A stretch of 64,000 nt of DNA. Origin: Halodesulfurarchaeum sp. (GTDB lineage Archaea; Halobacteriota; Halobacteria; Halobacteriales; Halobacteriaceae). Made by a program: the position numbers and the translations under genes. The notes below the pieces were generated by a model, which was not told the DNA's origin, ran no database searches, and saw nothing but the letters and a program-made list of their open reading frames with translations. The stretch covers positions 1 through 64,000 of the forward strand of contig JBDGUI010000011.1 of NCBI GenBank assembly GCA_042216015.1, read 5' to 3'. This document shows positions 59,616 through 64,000 of this stretch, piece after piece (the first letter of the stretch is position 1; every line of letters begins with the position of its first letter).

Positions 59616-60233
59616 ATGGCCACGATGGGCCGGCCCCGACTCCGGGACCTCTTCGACGAGGCGCCGACGCCGCACATCGCCCACCCGCCCCACACCCACC
59701 GGCGGGACTATTACGTCGCGACGGATGGCTCCTTCGAGGCGACCGGGGCCGGTCTGGGCGTCATCATCGAGGCGCCCACCGGACGGCGAATCGAGCGCCT
59801 CGCCGTCCCCGACGCCGCGCCGGACAACAACGTCGCCGAGTACCGGGCCCTGCACCTCGGACTGGATACCCTGGCGGCCCGGATCTCCCATTCCGCGTCG
59901 GTCGGCATTCTCGTGGATCACGACGACCTCGCGAGCAACGTCAATGCCGCAGTTCTCGCCGGTCGAGACCGGGAGCTGGGCACGCTCGCGAACGTGAGTC
60001 ATCCACCGGGGACGGCCTCACACTGGCGTGGGATCCGGGCCCGGATCGCCGGATTCGATGCGGTCCGTGCCGCCGCCGTCTCGAGCGGGCAAAACCCGGC
60101 CCATCCGCTGGCGAACGCGCCGGCGGAGTACGCCCACCTCAACCGGGCCCCGACCGAATCGCCGACAGATCCGACTCCAGCCCCGGAAGGGGTGCCACCC
60201 CCCTCACGCGCCGATCGCCACGCGGGGGATTGA
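59616..60233 (+). CDS. RNase HI-like protein
   Basis: VATDGS, GLGVII, NNVAEYRAL, LVDHD, NPAHPLA. Confidence 0.85.
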   Translation: MATMGRPRLRDLFDEAPTPHIAHPPHTHRRDYYVATDGSFEATGAGLGVIIEAPTGRRIERLAVPDAAPDNNVAEYRALHLGLDTLAARISHSASVGILVDHDDLASNVNAAVLAGRDRELGTLANVSHPPGTASHWRGIRARIAGFDAVRAAAVSSGQNPAHPLANAPAEYAHLNRAPTESPTDPTPAPEGVPPPSRADRHAGD

Positions 60234-60234
60234 A

Positions 60235-62505
60235 CTACCCGGTGGGGGAGTTTCCCTGAGCGTCGACGACCGCGACGGCGGCCAGGTTCACGATGTCCTT
60301 GACCGTGTCGCCCCGCTGGAGCACGTGCACCGGCCGGTCCATGCCGACGAGCATGGGACCGGTCGCTTCGGCATCGCCGAGTCGCTGGAGGATCTTGTAG
60401 CCGATGTTTCCGGCCTCGAGGTTCGGGAAGATCAGGACGTTCGCCGGCCCGTCTAGGTCCGAGAAGTCATAGGTCCCCTCGAGCATCTCCTCGACGAGGG
60501 CCGTATCCGCCTGCATCTCCCCGTCGACGGGGTACTCGACGTCGCCACGCTCCCGGAGCCGTCTTGCGGCTTCGCGGGGCACCCGGCTCGACTCGTCCTC
60601 GACGCTGCCGAAGTCCGAGTAGGAGAGCAACGCCACCCGCGGTTCGACGTTGAATTCCCGGGCCAGCTCGGCGGTGTGGTGGGCGATCTCCTCGAGACAC
60701 GCCGCCGAGGGGTCCTTGTTGACCGTTCCATCGGCGATGAAGATCACGCGGTTCTTGAACGTGAGCATGTAAACCCCGCCGGCGAACCGTGCATCAGGGG
60801 CCGTTCCGATCACCTGGAGTGGCGGTCTGAGCGCCGAGGGATAGTGATAGGTCAGCCCCGTGAGCATGGCGTCGACCTCCCCCCGATCGACGAGGACACT
60901 CGCGAGGTAGTTCGGATCCCTCGTGACGAGGTCACGGGCCTCGTTTCTGGTCATCCCCTTGCGCTGGCGGAGGCTGTAGAGGTGATCGATCTGGTCGGTG
61001 AGGTCGGTCCGCTCGGGGTCGAGAATCGTGGGTTCGAACTCCAGTCCCAGCTCGTCGATCCGCTGGGTGATGGTCTCGACCTCGCCGATGAGCACCGGTT
61101 CGGCGATTCCCTCGTCGATCATCTGGTTGGCCGCACGGATGGTCTTCTCGTTTGCCCCCTCGGCGAGCGCAACCCGCTTCGGGTCGGCCGTTGCCTTGTT
61201 GTAGATGATCCGCATCATCTCGCGGGACTTGCCCAGTCGGGCCTCGAGGTCCTCGCGATAGGCGTCGAGATCCTCGATCTCTCGCCGGGCGACCCCAGTC
61301 TCCATCGCCGCCCTTGCGACGGCCGGGGCCACGTGAAGGAGCACCCGCGGGTCCAGTGGCTTCGGGATGACGTACTCCGGGCCGAACTGCAGGGGTTGAT
61401 CCCCGTAGGCCTGGACGACCTCGTCGGGGACGTCCTCGCGGGCGAGGGAGGCAAGCGCCGTCGAGGCGGCGACTTTCATCTCCTCGTTGATCTGTGTCGC
61501 CCGGACGTCGAGGGCCCCGCGGAAGATGAAGGGGAATCCGAGGACGTTGTTGATCTGGTTCGGGAAGTCCGACCGACCCGTCGCGGCGATGACCGTGTCC
61601 TCGCGGGCGGTCTTTGCCTCCCGGTAGCCGATCTCCGGGTCGGGATTGGCCATCGCGAAGACCATCGGATTGTCGGCCATCGACCGGACCATCTCCGGGG
61701 TGACGAGGTCCCCGACTGAGAGGCCGACGAACACGTCCGCACCGGCCATCGCGTCCGCGAGACCCCCCTCCGAAACATCCCGGGCGAAATCGGCCTTGTA
61801 CTCGTTCAGCTCGCCCGCCTCGGCCCGCCGCTCGGTGAGAATTCCCGAGGAATCGACCATCGTGACGTTCTCCTGAGGGACGCCGAGTGCGGTGTAAAAG
61901 CGAGCGGTGGCGATCGCACTCGCCCCGGCGCCGGAGATCACGACTGTCAGGTCCTCGAGGTCCTTTGCGAGAATCTCGGCGCCGTTCAGCAGTCCGGCCC
62001 CGGTGATGATCGCGGTACCGTGCTGATCGTCGTGGAAGACCGGGATGTCCATCCGCTCGCGGAGTTGCTCCTCGATCTCGAAACACTCCGGGGCCCGGAT
62101 GTCCTCGAGGTTAATCCCGCCGAAGGTCGGCTCCATGGCGACCACGGTCTCGACGATCGCGTCCGGGTCTGTGAGGTCCAGTTCCACGTCGAAGACGTCG
62201 ATGTCCGCGAACCGTTTGAAGAGCACTCCCTTGCCCTCCATCACCGGCTTTGCGGCGTCGGCGCCGATGTCGCCCAGCCCGAGAACGGCACTCCCGTTCG
62301 AGATGACCCCGACCAGGTTGCTCTTTGCGGTGTACGTGTAGGCGTCGGTTTCCTCGGCGGCGATCCGCTCACAGGGAGCCGCGACTCCCGGTGAGTACGC
62401 CAGGCTCAGATCCCGCTGGGTATTCGTCGGCTTCGTGGTGGAGATGGACACCTTTCCGGGCGGATCCCGGGCGTGATAGTCGAGGGCGTCCTCGTCGAGT
62501 CCCAT
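60235..62505 (-). CDS. maeB: NADP-dependent malic enzyme with phosphotransacetylase-like domain
   Basis: YSPGV, KPVMEGK, NLEDI, HDDQHGT, GAGA, NNVLGFP, then PTA domain with DGEMQ and GNIGYK. Confidence 0.96.
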   Translation of the reverse strand: MGLDEDALDYHARDPPGKVSISTTKPTNTQRDLSLAYSPGVAAPCERIAAEETDAYTYTAKSNLVGVISNGSAVLGLGDIGADAAKPVMEGKGVLFKRFADIDVFDVELDLTDPDAIVETVVAMEPTFGGINLEDIRAPECFEIEEQLRERMDIPVFHDDQHGTAIITGAGLLNGAEILAKDLEDLTVVISGAGASAIATARFYTALGVPQENVTMVDSSGILTERRAEAGELNEYKADFARDVSEGGLADAMAGADVFVGLSVGDLVTPEMVRSMADNPMVFAMANPDPEIGYREAKTAREDTVIAATGRSDFPNQINNVLGFPFIFRGALDVRATQINEEMKVAASTALASLAREDVPDEVVQAYGDQPLQFGPEYVIPKPLDPRVLLHVAPAVARAAMETGVARREIEDLDAYREDLEARLGKSREMMRIIYNKATADPKRVALAEGANEKTIRAANQMIDEGIAEPVLIGEVETITQRIDELGLEFEPTILDPERTDLTDQIDHLYSLRQRKGMTRNEARDLVTRDPNYLASVLVDRGEVDAMLTGLTYHYPSALRPPLQVIGTAPDARFAGGVYMLTFKNRVIFIADGTVNKDPSAACLEEIAHHTAELAREFNVEPRVALLSYSDFGSVEDESSRVPREAARRLRERGDVEYPVDGEMQADTALVEEMLEGTYDFSDLDGPANVLIFPNLEAGNIGYKILQRLGDAEATGPMLVGMDRPVHVLQRGDTVKDIVNLAAVAVVDAQGNSPTG

Positions 62506-62573
62506 GAAACACATTCCCACGTCCGGGGGCAAAAGTGTACCCGACGGGAGTCCATCCAGCTCGAATCCGGGCC

Positions 62574-62693
62574 CACCGGATCGTCGAGATCGGCCTCGCC
62601 GGGTCCACGAGATCGAGTACACCGGATCGTCGAGATCGGCCTCGCCGGGTCCACGAGATCGAGTACACCGGATCGTCGAGATCGGCCTCGCCG
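62574..62693. repeat. 46-bp perfect tandem repeat, about 2.6 copies
   Basis: CACCGGATCGTCGAGATCGGCCTCGCCGGGTCCACGAGATCGAGTA at 62574 and 62620, partial copy at 62666. Confidence 0.95.
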
Positions 62694-62733
62694 AATCAAC
62701 GAGACGGCAGAGACTGGATCGACCGACCGCCGC

Positions 62734-64000
62734 TCAGACGAAATCGCCGAGACCGGACTGGGCCTCGTCCTCGTCTTCGGCCGCCTCCTCGTCCCCGGTT
62801 TGGGTCTCCTCAGCGTCGGTGGCGGCTGTCCCCTCCTCGCTTTCTTCACCCGTTTCTTCCTCACCGGCTCCTGACACACTCTCCCCCGTCTCGACGGCCT
62901 CGGTCGCTGCCCCGTGACTGCCCGCGAATGCACCCCCGGAGTGTTCCACGGCCGCGCGTTCCAGCCGCTCTCCGGCGTCCTCGACGATCGACTGGACCTT
63001 GTTCGTGTCCTCGCCACTCCCGGTGACGAAGGCGACGTGTTCGGCCTCGAGGTCGTAGGCAGCCGTCATCGCCACCGTCAGCTCGCGGTTCGTGCAGTGG
63101 TGGGTCATCGCGGCGACGTACGGGAGGACGACCCGCCGAGCCGTGCCCATGCTCATCCCGCCGACCTCGGCGATCTTGCGGGCGACGTAATCCCGGGTTT
63201 CCCGGGTTCCCCGCGACCGACCGAGTTTGGACCAGTAACTCGGCGGGCCGTACCGGGTCCAGCCACTTTTCGTTCCCTCTCTGGCCGCGGCCACGCCGGC
63301 CGCGACGCTATCGGTGACGTAACGCCAGTAGCCGTACTCCTGGGTCGAGCGGACCCGTCCGAGCCAGCGGTCCCCAGTCGCGAGCGCGTCATAGGCCCGT
63401 GCCAGCTCGCGTCCCTCGTAGTCCTTCGGGACGTTGTCCTCGACCCAGTTGATCAGGTCGTCCGGGGTCTCATCGACGTCGTATGCCGTCTTCAGGGCGC
63501 CCTCGGCGTCCTCCTCCTTGAGCACCGCATCGAGGAAGGGAAAGATCCCCTCGCTTCGATCACGGTTGCCGGTCACCACGTCCCCGACCTCGAGGACCGT
63601 CGTCGTTTCCGCGAGTGCCTGCAGGTCGTTGATCGCCGAGCGGAGGTCGCCGTCGTTCTTCTCCGCGATGACAGAAAGCGCCTCGTCCTCGTACTCGATG
63701 CCCTCGCGTCGGCAGATGTCCCGAAGAACCGGTAGAATCGAGCGCTTCGAAACGTCGCGGAACTCGATGTCGCGGCAGGCGTTTCGCAGGCCCCGGGACA
63801 TCTCGTAGTACTCGTTTGCGATCAGGACGACCGGCTGGGTCGCCTCCTTCACGAGCCTGGTGATCGCCTGGGTCCCGCCCCGGTCGACGGTTCCATGCAG
63901 GTTGTCGGCCTCGTCGAGGATGACGAGTTTTCGACCGCCCGATCCGCCGCTGAGGGTGCCACTCCGGGCCGCTTCCCCGGCGACCCGGTCGACGATGTCG
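62734..64000 (-). CDS. rfcL: Replication factor C large subunit (5' part outside window)
   Basis: ILDEAD Walker B, PVVLIAN, GDLRSAINDLQ, WRY, acidic tail ending in PIP-box-like QSGLGDF. Confidence 0.95.
   Translation of the reverse strand, partial: DIVDRVAGEAARSGTLSGGSGGRKLVILDEADNLHGTVDRGGTQAITRLVKEATQPVVLIANEYYEMSRGLRNACRDIEFRDVSKRSILPVLRDICRREGIEYEDEALSVIAEKNDGDLRSAINDLQALAETTTVLEVGDVVTGNRDRSEGIFPFLDAVLKEEDAEGALKTAYDVDETPDDLINWVEDNVPKDYEGRELARAYDALATGDRWLGRVRSTQEYGYWRYVTDSVAAGVAAAREGTKSGWTRYGPPSYWSKLGRSRGTRETRDYVARKIAEVGGMSMGTARRVVLPYVAAMTHHCTNRELTVAMTAAYDLEAEHVAFVTGSGEDTNKVQSIVEDAGERLERAAVEHSGGAFAGSHGAATEAVETGESVSGAGEEETGEESEEGTAATDAEETQTGDEEAAEDEDEAQSGLGDFV

Noticed and set aside
62574..62693. 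Possible mini-CRISPR array (also considered for 29393-29450)
   Set aside because: Units are head-to-tail with no unique spacers, and no cas genes are in the window.

Overview
High-GC chromosomal window from a halophilic archaeon (class Halobacteria), inferred from acidic proteins, archaeal information-processing genes and an intron-containing tRNA-Met. Most of it is core genome: aMBF1, AlaX, panB, cdc48, ginS-priS, archease-rtcB, hisD, asd, rps17e, cofD, sucCD, trpDFEG, an intein-containing class II ribonucleotide reductase, maeB and a partial rfcL. There are three tRNA loci: the 3' end of a probable tRNA-Leu, tRNA-Val(GAC) and tRNA-Met(CAT) with an intron. Accessory or odd parts are: (i) a homologous ~190-bp structured element immediately 3' of two different tRNA genes, each copy carrying a direct and an inverted copy of its own host tRNA T-arm (the most unusual signal); (ii) a related multi-hairpin element at 26.7-27.05 kb; (iii) a decayed patch at 24.9-26.7 kb with cdc48 fragments on opposite strands and a DUF72 pseudogene; (iv) a tungstate/molybdate uptake cassette next to tRNA-Met with a ModE-type box, a Lys-rich WtpA and a frameshifted molbindin; (v) a Tat-lipoprotein serpin near a Tat-lipoprotein HtrA; (vi) several intergenic tandem repeats. 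No CRISPR array, rRNA, integrase or transposase was recognised. All calls come from reading the sequence and motifs; no database searches were run.
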